A stretch of DNA of 35,499 nt, from contig JBEAYS010000141.1 of NCBI GenBank assembly GCA_041170505.1, forward strand, positions 1-35,499. Reading direction: 5' to 3'. Below the pieces are notes generated by a model, which was not told the DNA's origin, did no database searches, and saw only the letters and a program-made list of their open reading frames with translations. The DNA is from Cyanobacteriota bacterium (GTDB taxonomy: Bacteria; Cyanobacteriota; Vampirovibrionia; LMEP-6097). Within the stretch, counting starts at the first letter, position 1, and each line of letters begins with the position of its first letter. Made by a program: the position numbers and the translations under genes. Positions 1 through 9,048 of this stretch are shown in pieces.

Positions 1-425
1 CAGGGTGGATGCATAATCGTACTCGTATGATCGTGGGGTCCTTCTTGATAAAAGATCTTTTGATTCATTGGCAAGAAGGTGCTAAGTGGTTTTGGGATAC
101 TTTATTTGATGCAGATTTAGCCAATAATTCTATGGGCTGGCAGTGGGTGGCTGGATCGGGAGTAGATGCTAGTCCGTTTTTTAGAATTTTTAATCCGATA
201 CTGCAAGGAACCAAGTTTGATCCTCACGGTGCTTATGTGCGCAAGTGGTGTCCTGAGCTTGCTAAGCTTCCTGATGAGTGGATACATCAGCCTTTTGATG
301 CGCCTCCGCTAATTTTACAATCGGCAGGACTTAAGCTCGGAGATAATTACCCCTTTCCACTCGTTAATCACGAATCAGCTCGCCAAGAGGCTTTAGCGGG
401 TTTACAGCTTACTAAAAAATCTTGA
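1..425 (+). CDS. phrB: DNA photolyase (CPD class I/III), C-terminal FAD-binding part; 5' truncated by the window edge
   Basis: The frame is open from the window start. Photolyase FAD-binding motifs GWMHNRTRMIV, DADLANNSMGWQW and FRIFNP..Q..KFDP.G.YVRKW.PEL are present. Confidence 0.93.
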   Translation, partial: GWMHNRTRMIVGSFLIKDLLIHWQEGAKWFWDTLFDADLANNSMGWQWVAGSGVDASPFFRIFNPILQGTKFDPHGAYVRKWCPELAKLPDEWIHQPFDAPPLILQSAGLKLGDNYPFPLVNHESARQEALAGLQLTKKS

Positions 426-881
426 TTAATCTAATTCTATAATCCGGCTCTCGTCAGGATTAACGCTGATCTTGATTTTGATAAGTTTAGAGTTTCTGTT
501 TAGATAATCGTAGTGAGAGGGTTCTAGCTTTTCTGCCCACTCGATTACAAGTAAATTCCTAGATGAGGAGTTGAAAATTTCAGCTAAATCCTCAAACTTA
601 ATCCCTACTTGATATAGATCAAAATGATAAAAATTAAAACCATCACAATGGTATTCATTCATCCCGACAAAAGTAGGACTAGTAATATTTTCTTTTATTT
701 TTAATGCTTGCCCAAACTCTCTTATCAAGGTCGTTTTACCAGCACCCATAGGAGCATAAAATAAAAAGCACAGATCTTGTCCTTCTAGGGATTTTTCAAA
801 TTCAAGTAAAGTCACATGAGCAAAACTTTTTAACTCATCAAGATTTTTAATTTCAAAAGTTTTTATAGTAGGATTATCCAC
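426..881 (-). CDS. tsaE: tRNA threonylcarbamoyladenosine biosynthesis ATPase TsaE
   Basis: Motifs MGAGKTT, ITSPTF, YHFDLY and VIEWAE; 151 aa. Confidence 0.93.
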   Translation of the reverse strand: MDNPTIKTFEIKNLDELKSFAHVTLLEFEKSLEGQDLCFLFYAPMGAGKTTLIREFGQALKIKENITSPTFVGMNEYHCDGFNFYHFDLYQVGIKFEDLAEIFNSSSRNLLVIEWAEKLEPSHYDYLNRNSKLIKIKISVNPDESRIIELD

Positions 882-887
882 AATAAA

Positions 888-1415
888 TTAACGAAGTTTT
901 TTACCAAGTGGTTGCGGCACTTCAACACCCTCACCGCCAATAGTTTTTACTTTTTCACCGTCTATCAAAAGATAGACAGGGCGACCTTTTGCCAAGGTCA
1001 AAATAGTTTCTCTTAATTGCCGAAATCTTACTTGCATGCTTTCAGATCCGCCTCCGCTCATGAATTGACTGCTTATATCAATTAAGATTTCTTTTTCGTT
1101 TTCATCGACTTTTACCAGTCTTGAGCCTTCAGGAATTTCAGTATTTAGTTCAAGTTTTTCTCTTTCTTCAAGAGTCGGGCCCATAAACAACTCTATAACA
1201 GCAGTTTCGTAAGGATTTTTACCAGCAGGGATCTTGCGGGCAACAGGTATTAACACGACCCCTAGCTCTTTACTGGCTTTGGTAAAGTAGATAGTTACTT
1301 TAGAACCATCTGATTTGGAGCCTCCACCAAAGATGTTTTTTGAGCAAGAGCCCAAAAGAAATACACAAAACGCTAAAACAAAAAGTTGCCTTGAAAATTT
1401 TCTAAAGGTTTTCAT
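888..1415 (-). CDS. GerMN-domain lipoprotein
   Basis: Lipobox LLGSC; LFMGPT..E and TEIPEG..L; FMSGGGSESM motif typical of GerMN proteins; SD-like AAGGA upstream. Confidence 0.8.
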   Translation of the reverse strand: MKTFRKFSRQLFVLAFCVFLLGSCSKNIFGGGSKSDGSKVTIYFTKASKELGVVLIPVARKIPAGKNPYETAVIELFMGPTLEEREKLELNTEIPEGSRLVKVDENEKEILIDISSQFMSGGGSESMQVRFRQLRETILTLAKGRPVYLLIDGEKVKTIGGEGVEVPQPLGKKLR

Positions 1416-1465
1416 TTAATTAATCCTTTTCATTATTTTAACTAAAGCGATATAATAAAGTCTAT

Positions 1466-1927
1466 ATGCAAAAGTCAAAATTAACTAAACATCTCGGTTT
1501 TTTATATTTACTATTGTTTTTTATTTGTTTGCCGTCTCAAGCTCTTAAAGTTGCAGTGGTAGATTCTAATCGGGTTTTGCAGGAATATTCTGTAGCTCAA
1601 AAAATGTTACAAGACCTAGCTAAAGCTGAGGCTGATTTGAATAAAAAAATTGCCGAAAAAAAAGCTTTGTTAGAGCAAGCAAAATCTGCTAAAAAAACTG
1701 AAACTGAAATTCAGATGCTAGCTGAGCAAATTCGTCTTGAAATTGAGCCAGAAGCCCGCAAACTTGAGGACGACACTAATAAAAGAAGTGACCAAATAGA
1801 GTTGAATATAAAATCAGCAATTGAAACTGTCGCAAAAGAAGGCAAGTATGATGCTGTTATGATAAAAGAAGCTGTTTTGTACGGAGGAATTGACGTAAGT
1901 GATGAAGTTCTTAAAAAACTCAAGTAG
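1466..1927 (+). CDS. skp: OmpH/Skp-family periplasmic chaperone (paralogue 1)
   Basis: Signal peptide, KVAVVD N-terminal strand, coiled-coil body, and C-terminal [16 protein letters not shown]; lies upstream of lpxD. Confidence 0.85.
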   Translation: MQKSKLTKHLGFLYLLLFFICLPSQALKVAVVDSNRVLQEYSVAQKMLQDLAKAEADLNKKIAEKKALLEQAKSAKKTETEIQMLAEQIRLEIEPEARKLEDDTNKRSDQIELNIKSAIETVAKEGKYDAVMIKEAVLYGGIDVSDEVLKKLK

Positions 1928-2402
1928 TTTATTTGTTTTAGTAGTATTTTGCTTAACTCCTGTTAGGACCAGTGCAAAAATAGTGGCTTTGGATATTGCA
2001 ACAATTTATGAAGAATATTCACTTGTAAAAGAAGCAAATAGTGTAATAGATACTGCTGAAGCACGTTTCAAAAGGATTTTAGCTACCGCAGAAAAGGAAC
2101 TTAACGAACTTGAGAAGTCCGGCAATAAAATTGAAATCGAAAAAAAACGTCAAAGTATTCAAGATATAGTTGATCAGGAAGTAGAAACTTTGCAAGATCA
2201 AAAAGAGTCTTATAATACTAATATTAATCGTAATGTAGCTAAAACTCTCTCCTCGATGGCATTGGCTAATGATTATGAATTGGTTTTGGATTCAGCGTTT
2301 GTGCACTCTAACATAGAAAATATCACAGAAAAATTTATGATCGAACTTGAGAAGCCCACTTTACCTGTTAAAGAACCAGTGAAAAATGATGCTCAAAAAT
2401 AA
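1899..2402 (+). CDS. OmpH/Skp-family protein (paralogue 2, divergent)
   Basis: Signal peptide, KIVALD, coiled coil, YELVLD...NITEK; overlaps the end of paralogue 1. The start may be the ATG at 1902. Confidence 0.7.
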   Translation: MMKFLKNSSSLFVLVVFCLTPVRTSAKIVALDIATIYEEYSLVKEANSVIDTAEARFKRILATAEKELNELEKSGNKIEIEKKRQSIQDIVDQEVETLQDQKESYNTNINRNVAKTLSSMALANDYELVLDSAFVHSNIENITEKFMIELEKPTLPVKEPVKNDAQK

Positions 2403-2428
2403 TTTTTGGGACAATTAAAATCTCAGTT

Positions 2429-3550
2429 ATGAAGATATATGAAATAGCTCAGTTAATAAATTCTAAGTTTGAAGGAGATCCAGAAAAAGAAATTTTAACT
2501 TTGGCCACAAATCCACAAACTGCACTGCAAGGTCAGCTGGCTCTAATTTTTCCAAATCGTTTTGCCAAGGCTATTAAACTTCTCAAAGATCTTAAAGCTA
2601 CAGCTTATTTGATTTCTTCAGAACTGAATCAAGACAAGGAATTTATAAGTTTTAAAGATTCTATAGAAGGTGAAAAACCTGCTTTTATTATTAGTGCACG
2701 TCCTAAATTTGCTTTATCTGTAATAATCAAACATTTTCATAGACCGCGGTTTAGCCCCAAGATCGGTGTCGATCGGACGGCGTATGTCGACGAGACCGCT
2801 AGGATAGATAATGGAGCGGCTGTCGGTGCGATGGCTTTTGTGGGACCCGCTTCTAGTTTGGGTTCTGGCACAAAAATATTTCCTAGAGCTTATATAGGGA
2901 CAGGAGTGGTTATCGGTCAGAATTGCGAAATCCGTGCAGGAGCGGTAATCGAGGATTATTGTGTGATTGGAGATCGTGTAATTATTCAGCCCAATGCAGT
3001 TATTGGCGGTGATGGATATAGTTATACAACTGAAGAGCCGACCAATTTAGAAAAAATGCAAAAGCGAGATTTTAATTTTTCTATGGACAGACAAGTCCAA
3101 CACAAAATTATTTCTGCGGGCAATGTAATTATTGAAGATGATGTAGAGATCGGCTCCAACACTTGTGTTGATAGGGGTACTATAGGTCCTACTCTAGTTG
3201 GGTGTGGGACTAAAATAGATAATTTATGTCAAATTGCTCACAATGTTCAAATTGGTAAAGATTGTCTAATAATCGCCCAGACTGGGATTGCTGGCAGTGC
3301 CAAAATTGGTGATAGAGTGACTATGGCTGGTGCTTCTGGTTGCGGTGATGGAGTCGAAATCGGTAATGATGTCGTAGTTGGTGCTTTTAGTGCTGTTAAT
3401 TCTGATGTGGATCCTTTTATGCCTGTGTTGGGCGCGCCTGCTATTGCTTATGGTGAATTTATGCGTCGTCAAAGAGCCATAGCTAAGCTGCCCAAGCAAC
3501 AAGAAGAATTTAGAAAATTAAAATCTAGGGTAGAAGAATTAGGAAAGTAA
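2429..3550 (+). CDS. lpxD: UDP-3-O-acylglucosamine N-acyltransferase LpxD
   Basis: Hexapeptide repeats; [42 protein letters not shown]. Confidence 0.93.
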   Translation: MKIYEIAQLINSKFEGDPEKEILTLATNPQTALQGQLALIFPNRFAKAIKLLKDLKATAYLISSELNQDKEFISFKDSIEGEKPAFIISARPKFALSVIIKHFHRPRFSPKIGVDRTAYVDETARIDNGAAVGAMAFVGPASSLGSGTKIFPRAYIGTGVVIGQNCEIRAGAVIEDYCVIGDRVIIQPNAVIGGDGYSYTTEEPTNLEKMQKRDFNFSMDRQVQHKIISAGNVIIEDDVEIGSNTCVDRGTIGPTLVGCGTKIDNLCQIAHNVQIGKDCLIIAQTGIAGSAKIGDRVTMAGASGCGDGVEIGNDVVVGAFSAVNSDVDPFMPVLGAPAIAYGEFMRRQRAIAKLPKQQEEFRKLKSRVEELGK

Positions 3551-3553
3551 AAA

Positions 3554-4315
3554 ATGAGTTTTCAAAGAATCGATGGAAGATCACAAGATCAGCTTAGACC
3601 CTATAGTTTTGAGCGTAATTTTATAAAAACTGCAGAAGGCTCTGTATTGGTGTCTTGCGGCGACACCAAGGTCATTGTCACAGCTAAGATAGACCCTTCA
3701 TTGCCACCGCATTTACGTAATGCTCCTGTACAGCAAGGCTGGATTACTGCTGAATACGCCATGCTTCCCGGTTCTAGCCAAGATAGAGTTGGGCGCGAAC
3801 GCAATAAGGCTCATAGTCGCTCTCTTGAAATCCAGCGTTTAATTGGTAGATCCATGCGCGCAATGGTGAATCTTGAAAAAATGCCTCCAGTTAGCATCAA
3901 TATCGACGCTGATGTTATTCAAGCAGATGGTGGAACCCGAACAGCTAGTATTACTGGTGCTTATGTAGCGATTTATGATTGTCTGCGACATATGCAATTA
4001 AACGGTGTTCAATTAAAAGATGGATTTATAAAACCTTTTGCAGAAGGGCTACCTATCGTAAATCAAATTGCCGCTATTTCAGTAGGTATCATTGAGGGTA
4101 AACCTTTGTTGGATTTGAATTATCATGAAGATAGTCAAGCTGAGGCGGATGCCAATTTTATCCTTTCAGCTAGTGGTAAGATAATCGAAATCCAAGCCAG
4201 TGCTGAAGAATCATCTTTTGATGAACAAGCTTTTTTTGAGATGTTCAGCCTTGCTAAAAAAGGTATAAGTGAGCTAACTAGCTTCCAAAATCATATATTG
4301 GGCTTATTCTCATAA
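3554..4315 (+). CDS. rph: Ribonuclease PH
   Basis: GWITAEYAMLP, EIQRLIGRS, DVIQADGGTRTASITGA, LLDLNYHEDS. Confidence 0.97.
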   Translation: MSFQRIDGRSQDQLRPYSFERNFIKTAEGSVLVSCGDTKVIVTAKIDPSLPPHLRNAPVQQGWITAEYAMLPGSSQDRVGRERNKAHSRSLEIQRLIGRSMRAMVNLEKMPPVSINIDADVIQADGGTRTASITGAYVAIYDCLRHMQLNGVQLKDGFIKPFAEGLPIVNQIAAISVGIIEGKPLLDLNYHEDSQAEADANFILSASGKIIEIQASAEESSFDEQAFFEMFSLAKKGISELTSFQNHILGLFS

Positions 4316-4358
4316 CCAAATCTTAATTATACACTGTTTAATTAGATTTTTTTATTTA

Positions 4359-4387
4359 TTGATATCAAAAATCCCTGGCCTTAGTAT
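4359..4387 (+). promoter_or_regulatory. Putative sigma70 promoter TTGATA-N17-TAGTAT, with palindrome TTGATATCAA over the -35 box
   Basis: -35 at 4359-4364, -10 at 4382-4387, 17-nt spacer; predicted TSS about 4394. Confidence 0.5.
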
Positions 4388-4393
4388 TTATAT

Positions 4394-4556
4394 AGTCACA
4401 AGCAAATACAAGAGGCAAAAGTTAAAAAGCCAGTCTAACGCTGTTTTTAACAAGTTAAAAAGTTTAATGCCAAGCTGAAACCTTCAGCTATCTGTTAAAC
4501 GCGTCCTTCTAAGCTCCTTTATTAAAGAAGCTGTATTTGCTTGCGCAAAAAAGGAC
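4394..4556 (+). ncRNA. Candidate structured leader RNA / riboswitch-like element of unknown family
   Basis: Perfect 12-bp closing helix CAAGCAAATACA (4399-4410) / TGTATTTGCTTG (4532-4543). Internal hairpins at 4473-4489 and about 4512-4532. Anti-SD GTCCTT (4503-4508) is complementary to AAGGAC (4551-4556). Folded by eye only. Confidence 0.45.
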
Positions 4557-4562
4557 TTCATT

Positions 4563-4793
4563 ATGACAACCCAAACCCAAGAAAAACCAAAAGCCAAAGC
4601 ATACAAATTAAGCGTTGAAGAAAAAACCAGAATCGCTAATAAAATTAATTATTTTAGAACTATTCCTTCACAGGTACTTAAAACAGCAGGAGACCTTGAA
4701 AATGGTATTCGCGCTATTAGCAAAGAAGTTGTTACCCACGATATTAAATCAGTTCTAGTAAATGGCAGAGTTATGCTACTAAATATTTCATAG
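4563..4793 (+). CDS. Small basic hypothetical protein (76 aa)
   Basis: ORF with SD AAGGA at 4551-4555 and 7-nt spacing; fills the intergenic gap; no family recognised. Confidence 0.7.
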   Translation: MTTQTQEKPKAKAYKLSVEEKTRIANKINYFRTIPSQVLKTAGDLENGIRAISKEVVTHDIKSVLVNGRVMLLNIS

Positions 4794-4830
4794 AGCCTTG
4801 ATTTCAAATCTCATTTATAATAGAAATGGG

Positions 4831-5643
4831 ATGCTTACTAGCCTTACCAATAGAATAACTGTAGCTCAGGTAACAAATCCTGAAAATCTTCTAAAGCATC
4901 GATATTTACATAGAATTATTTTTTTTACTTTATTGATAGCATTTTGGCAATTGGTTACGAGCTTAGGAATTTATCCCAAATATTTATTACCTGGTCCCTA
5001 TGATGTGTTTGAAACTTTGATATGGGGTTTTTCTAAGGCTGATTATGCATGGGTTATTTTACATTCTTTACGCAGGGTACTTATGGGTTATGTGCTTGCG
5101 GTTTTTGTAGGAGTTTTTGCTGGTCTTGCTATCGCAAGATATAAAGCTTTAGACAATACTTTGGGAGCGTCTTTGACAGCATTGCAGTCTATTCCAAGTG
5201 TGGCTTGGGTCCCGCTTGCTTTACTTTGGTTTGGCATTTCTGAGGCAGCAGCTTTATTTATTGTAGTACTTGAGGCTTTTATACCATGTGCATTGGGAGT
5301 GCGTACTGGCGTTCTGACTATCCCAAAAGAAATAATAAGAGCCGCTCAGTGTCTAGGTTCCAGGTATATAGATCTTTATACGCGTGTGATTTTTCCAGCT
5401 ATAATTCCACAGCTAGTAAGTAGTTTGAGATTGAGCTGGGCTTTTGCATGGAGGGCTTTAATAGCTGGAGAGCTTTTTATTACTGGGCTTGGCATAGGGC
5501 AGACCTTGGAGCTCGGTAGAAGTCTTGCTGATATGTCTCAAGTGCTCTCTATGATTTTAATAGTGGCAATTTTAGGATTCTTGACTGATAATGTTTTTTT
5601 TAGAGCAGTGGAAAAAAAGGTTAATTCAATCTGGGGACTATGA
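4831..5643 (+). CDS. NitT/TauT (SsuC/TauC-like) ABC transporter permease
   Basis: LLPGP..V, SLRRV..GY, QSIPSVAWVPLALLWFG, EAA-like loop RAAQCLGS, LSWAFAWRALIAGE. ATG 4831 is preferred over TTG 4798 because TATAAT lies at 4816-4821. Confidence 0.9.
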   Translation: MLTSLTNRITVAQVTNPENLLKHRYLHRIIFFTLLIAFWQLVTSLGIYPKYLLPGPYDVFETLIWGFSKADYAWVILHSLRRVLMGYVLAVFVGVFAGLAIARYKALDNTLGASLTALQSIPSVAWVPLALLWFGISEAAALFIVVLEAFIPCALGVRTGVLTIPKEIIRAAQCLGSRYIDLYTRVIFPAIIPQLVSSLRLSWAFAWRALIAGELFITGLGIGQTLELGRSLADMSQVLSMILIVAILGFLTDNVFFRAVEKKVNSIWGL

Positions 5644-6437
5644 GCGTAAAAATCCAAAGCATCTCATTAAAATATTTAGCTAATCCTAACGGAAAAGCTC
5701 ATATAGACTATATCCTAAAGGATCTTAATCTGGAAATCCAGCAAGGTGAGTTTACTTGTCTGTTGGGACCTAGTGGTTGTGGAAAAAGTTCTTTACTAGG
5801 TTTAATTGCGGGATTCGTAAAACCTACTCAGGGAACGGTTTTAGTAAACGATAAAAAAGTTACTCGCCCTGACATCTCTCGAACTTTAGTTTTTCAAGAA
5901 TACGCTTTATTCCCATGGTTAAATGTGATTGAGAATGTTGCATTTGGTCTTCGTTATCAATTCCAAGACTCCGAACAACGCTATTTGACGGCGACTCGTT
6001 ATTTAAAAATGGTAGGACTTATAGATCATGCTCGAGACACAATTTCTCAACTTTCTGGAGGAATGAAACAAAGAGTTGCCTTGGCGCGAGCTCTTGCTGT
6101 TCAACCTGATTTACTTTTGATGGATGAACCGTTTGGTGCTCTTGATGATAAAAATAGAAGTGATATGCAAAAATTGTTGATAAATATCTGGTTAGAACTC
6201 AAGCCCATGGTGATTTTCGTTACTCATAGTATCGATGAGGCCCTAATTTTGGCTGATAGAGTAATAGTAATGACTAAAGATAAGCAGACAGGGGTGGGCT
6301 TTATAAAGGCTGACATTAAGATAAATTCTCAAAGGCCGAGATCACTTACTGAACTTGGGGTATATAGAAATCAGGTAGTTGATGTTCTATATGGATCTTC
6401 TATCAATATTGATAATTCTTTTGACGCTGTGATTTAG
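5640..6437 (+). CDS. NitT/TauT (SsuB/TauB-like) ABC transporter ATP-binding protein
   Basis: GPSGCGKS, VFQEYALFPW, LSGGMKQR, LLMDEPFGALD, FVTHSIDEA; ATGA overlap with the permease. Confidence 0.93.
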   Translation: MSVKIQSISLKYLANPNGKAHIDYILKDLNLEIQQGEFTCLLGPSGCGKSSLLGLIAGFVKPTQGTVLVNDKKVTRPDISRTLVFQEYALFPWLNVIENVAFGLRYQFQDSEQRYLTATRYLKMVGLIDHARDTISQLSGGMKQRVALARALAVQPDLLLMDEPFGALDDKNRSDMQKLLINIWLELKPMVIFVTHSIDEALILADRVIVMTKDKQTGVGFIKADIKINSQRPRSLTELGVYRNQVVDVLYGSSINIDNSFDAVI

Positions 6438-7274
6438 ATGCCCCAAAAACAAGCTGAAAAATATTTAAAACATCTATCTGATTTGGCCACCATTTCACCT
6501 GTGGCAGTGGAATTGATTAGCAAGGTCGAAGATATAAATGTTTCTCGAGATGAAATTGCACAACTTGTAAAAAAAGATGATGTTCTTTATACCAATGTTT
6601 TTAAATTAGTTAATTCAGCGGCATTAGGCTTACCAAGAAGAGTTCAGAATATTTTGGAGGCTATTAATATCATAGGAATGTTTCAACTGCGCAGTCTAAC
6701 TTTTATGATTGCCGCTAAAAAAGTTTTTGTGGATCTTGACTTGTGGTATAAAAGTGTTTTTCTAGCTTTCTCAGCAGAAAAAATAGCTCAGGAGTTAGGT
6801 TTGAATCAAAATTTTCAGAGTGATGTTTATATATCAGGATTGATGATGTCTTCAGGACAATTAATATTCAAGATGTTTTATAGAGATCAATACAAGGATA
6901 TTGATGCAATTCTGAATTATCAAGAAAGATTAAAAGCTGAAAAAGCAATATTTGGAATTTCAAGTATAGAACTATCTTGTGAAATTATAAAAAATTATGG
7001 CTTGCCAGAAACTATATATTCGATTTTAAGTAAGCAAGATTTAGATTGGCAGGATGAAGAATTTGGATTGGCTAATGCTATTTTGAAATTGGCTTGCATA
7101 CTAGCTGAACTTGATTCTAAAAATATGGATCAATTTGAATTGAAGAGAACTATTGGTGATCTTCTAGATCCTGACTTGCTTAAGAAATTTCAGATGAGTG
7201 AATTGCGATTGGATACTGATTTTTTGGCTCAATTGCACGAGGGTACAGCCACTTTTGTTAATGCTAATCATTAG
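6438..7274 (+). CDS. HDOD-domain protein with a degenerate HD motif
   Basis: LVKKDDVLYTNVFKLVNSAALG..RRVQNILEAINIIG matches the HDOD N-terminus. The canonical GLLHDIG is replaced by GLMMSSG. Confidence 0.8.
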   Translation: MPQKQAEKYLKHLSDLATISPVAVELISKVEDINVSRDEIAQLVKKDDVLYTNVFKLVNSAALGLPRRVQNILEAINIIGMFQLRSLTFMIAAKKVFVDLDLWYKSVFLAFSAEKIAQELGLNQNFQSDVYISGLMMSSGQLIFKMFYRDQYKDIDAILNYQERLKAEKAIFGISSIELSCEIIKNYGLPETIYSILSKQDLDWQDEEFGLANAILKLACILAELDSKNMDQFELKRTIGDLLDPDLLKKFQMSELRLDTDFLAQLHEGTATFVNANH

Positions 7275-7292
7275 TTTGCTACAATAGAGCCT

Positions 7293-9008
7293 ATGAGCTT
7301 TGTTGGTTACGAGCCCTTATTTTTAAAATATAGACCCCAAAAACTTGAGGATGTTTTAGGTCAAAACTCAGTCAAAGAGACACTTGTTAATGCTATTAAT
7401 AATTCTAAAATTGTTCACGCTTATTTATTAACCGGACCACGTGGATCAGGTAAAACTAGTTCAGCAAGGATACTTGCTAAATCTCTTAATTGTTCTAATG
7501 CTCTTGATGGTAAGTCTCCGTCTACCCAGCCTTGCGGTGTTTGTGAGAGTTGTGTGTCGATCGCTAACTCCTCGAGTATTGATGTGGTAGAGATTGATGC
7601 TGCTAGTCATGGTGGAGTTGATGATGCGCGTCAAATAGTCGAGAAAGTTAATCTGGCTAGTGTTAATGGTAAGTTTAGGGTCTATATTATCGATGAGGTT
7701 CATATGCTCTCGAATCCCGCTTTTAATGCACTGTTGAAGGTTATTGAAGAGCCCCCTAGTAATGTGGTTTTTATCCTAGCGACGACTGAAGTAGATAAAG
7801 TTCCTAAGACCATCGCGAGTCGCTGTCAGCAATTGCGTTTTCGTCCTATCACTATAAAAGATTGTTTAGAAAGATTAGAATTCGTATCCAAAAAAGAAAA
7901 TATTAATATTAGCCCTTCGGCTCTTGAGCTAATTGCTGAGCACTCAGACGGAGCGATGCGTGATGCTCTGAGCTTGCTTGATCAAATAGGGGTATTTTCT
8001 ACTGAGGCTCAAGTTATTACAGAGGAAAAAATTCATGAAGTCTTAGGCGGAATTCCCGCTCTTGAGCTCTCTGAGCTCGCTAGAGCGGTTTTGGCTCGAG
8101 ATGCTTCTGGATCTATCGTTTCGATAAACACTTTAATTTTACAGGGTAAAGATCCTGTTCATATTGTTTCTGAACTAGCGGATTTCATACTGCGAGTGCT
8201 TGAAGTGCAAAATGGTTTTGAGCAAAAAAATAAATATATTTCTAAAATCCAATCCCTGTGCCAGACTGAAGGCATTGAGAATTATGAACTCGTCCAGATC
8301 TTGGATGCGCTTACTGATCTGGAGTATCGTCTTAAACAAGGAGCTAAAAATAAAAATCTTTTGAGGGCTAGCTTGTTAAAAATTTGTAATAGAGCAGATA
8401 TTTTTGTGGCTCGAGATCTGATGAGAAGGATAAATGATATTGAGATAGCTCTAAAAAATCCGCGATCTTCCACGCCGAGTCAGCCAAGCAAGCCAGTAAT
8501 GTCAGTATCTGCTCCTAAGGCAATCGCTGAACCGGTTTCACCCCGTTCTGCGGGATCCCCTGCTAAACCCTATAGTGCCACTATAGGGTTTGAGCCAGCT
8601 AGAGAAAATTCTAGTAATTTAAACGATTACGTTCAACTTCTGCAACCTAATATAAAAGGTTTTTTTGAAAGTGTTAAAACTCAAATTTTGAGTATAGATG
8701 ACGGCGTACTGCATTTGGCTCTTGGAGTTAAACCGCCTGCTTTTGCTGGATGGAAAGCGAGGTTTGAACAAAAATCCAAACAAATTTTAAATGAGTTTTC
8801 AAAAGTTATAAATCAAGAACTTCATACTATGAAAATTGAAAACAACGAAACTCTAGTCGGTGATTCTAATCTTCAATCAAAACCACAAGCTCAACCAGCT
8901 CCAGAGTTAGATCAAACTAGCACCCCATGCAATACGCGTGCTGAAGACAAGCTCAGCGAGGTTATCAGCGCAGGGGTTGGTATTTTTGGCGGGAAAGAGA
9001 TAGATTAA
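7293..9008 (+). CDS. dnaX: DNA polymerase III subunit gamma/tau
   Basis: KYRPQ, GPRGSGKTS, Zn-binding C..PCGVCESC, EIDAAS, IIDEVHML, SRCQ; Pro/Ser linker and C-terminal domain. Confidence 0.96.
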   Translation: MSFVGYEPLFLKYRPQKLEDVLGQNSVKETLVNAINNSKIVHAYLLTGPRGSGKTSSARILAKSLNCSNALDGKSPSTQPCGVCESCVSIANSSSIDVVEIDAASHGGVDDARQIVEKVNLASVNGKFRVYIIDEVHMLSNPAFNALLKVIEEPPSNVVFILATTEVDKVPKTIASRCQQLRFRPITIKDCLERLEFVSKKENINISPSALELIAEHSDGAMRDALSLLDQIGVFSTEAQVITEEKIHEVLGGIPALELSELARAVLARDASGSIVSINTLILQGKDPVHIVSELADFILRVLEVQNGFEQKNKYISKIQSLCQTEGIENYELVQILDALTDLEYRLKQGAKNKNLLRASLLKICNRADIFVARDLMRRINDIEIALKNPRSSTPSQPSKPVMSVSAPKAIAEPVSPRSAGSPAKPYSATIGFEPARENSSNLNDYVQLLQPNIKGFFESVKTQILSIDDGVLHLALGVKPPAFAGWKARFEQKSKQILNEFSKVINQELHTMKIENNETLVGDSNLQSKPQAQPAPELDQTSTPCNTRAEDKLSEVISAGVGIFGGKEID

Positions 9009-9048
9009 GGATTCGCTGAAAAACGAAGTTTTGAGGCGGAATCCTTAA
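9005..9048 (-). repeat. 44-bp TTAA-bounded palindromic repeat, copy 1
   Basis: ttaaggattcgctgaaaaacgaagttttgaggcggaatccttaa, with a 10-bp terminal inverted repeat; exact reverse complement of 11618-11661. Confidence 0.92.

Noticed and set aside
4411-4535. Assignment of the leader to lysine (AGAGGC), c-di-GMP-I (GGCAAA...AAAGCC...CTAA) or TPP (TAATGCC) riboswitch families
   Set aside because: Only isolated short words match. The GEMM GAAA-tetraloop stem, the TPP CUGAGA and the lysine five-way junction with GCCGAA/CUGUC are not seen.
7293-9008. Programmed frameshift or slippage in dnaX producing a gamma subunit
   Set aside because: I saw no in-frame A_AAA_AAG or long A9 tract near the domain III/linker boundary.
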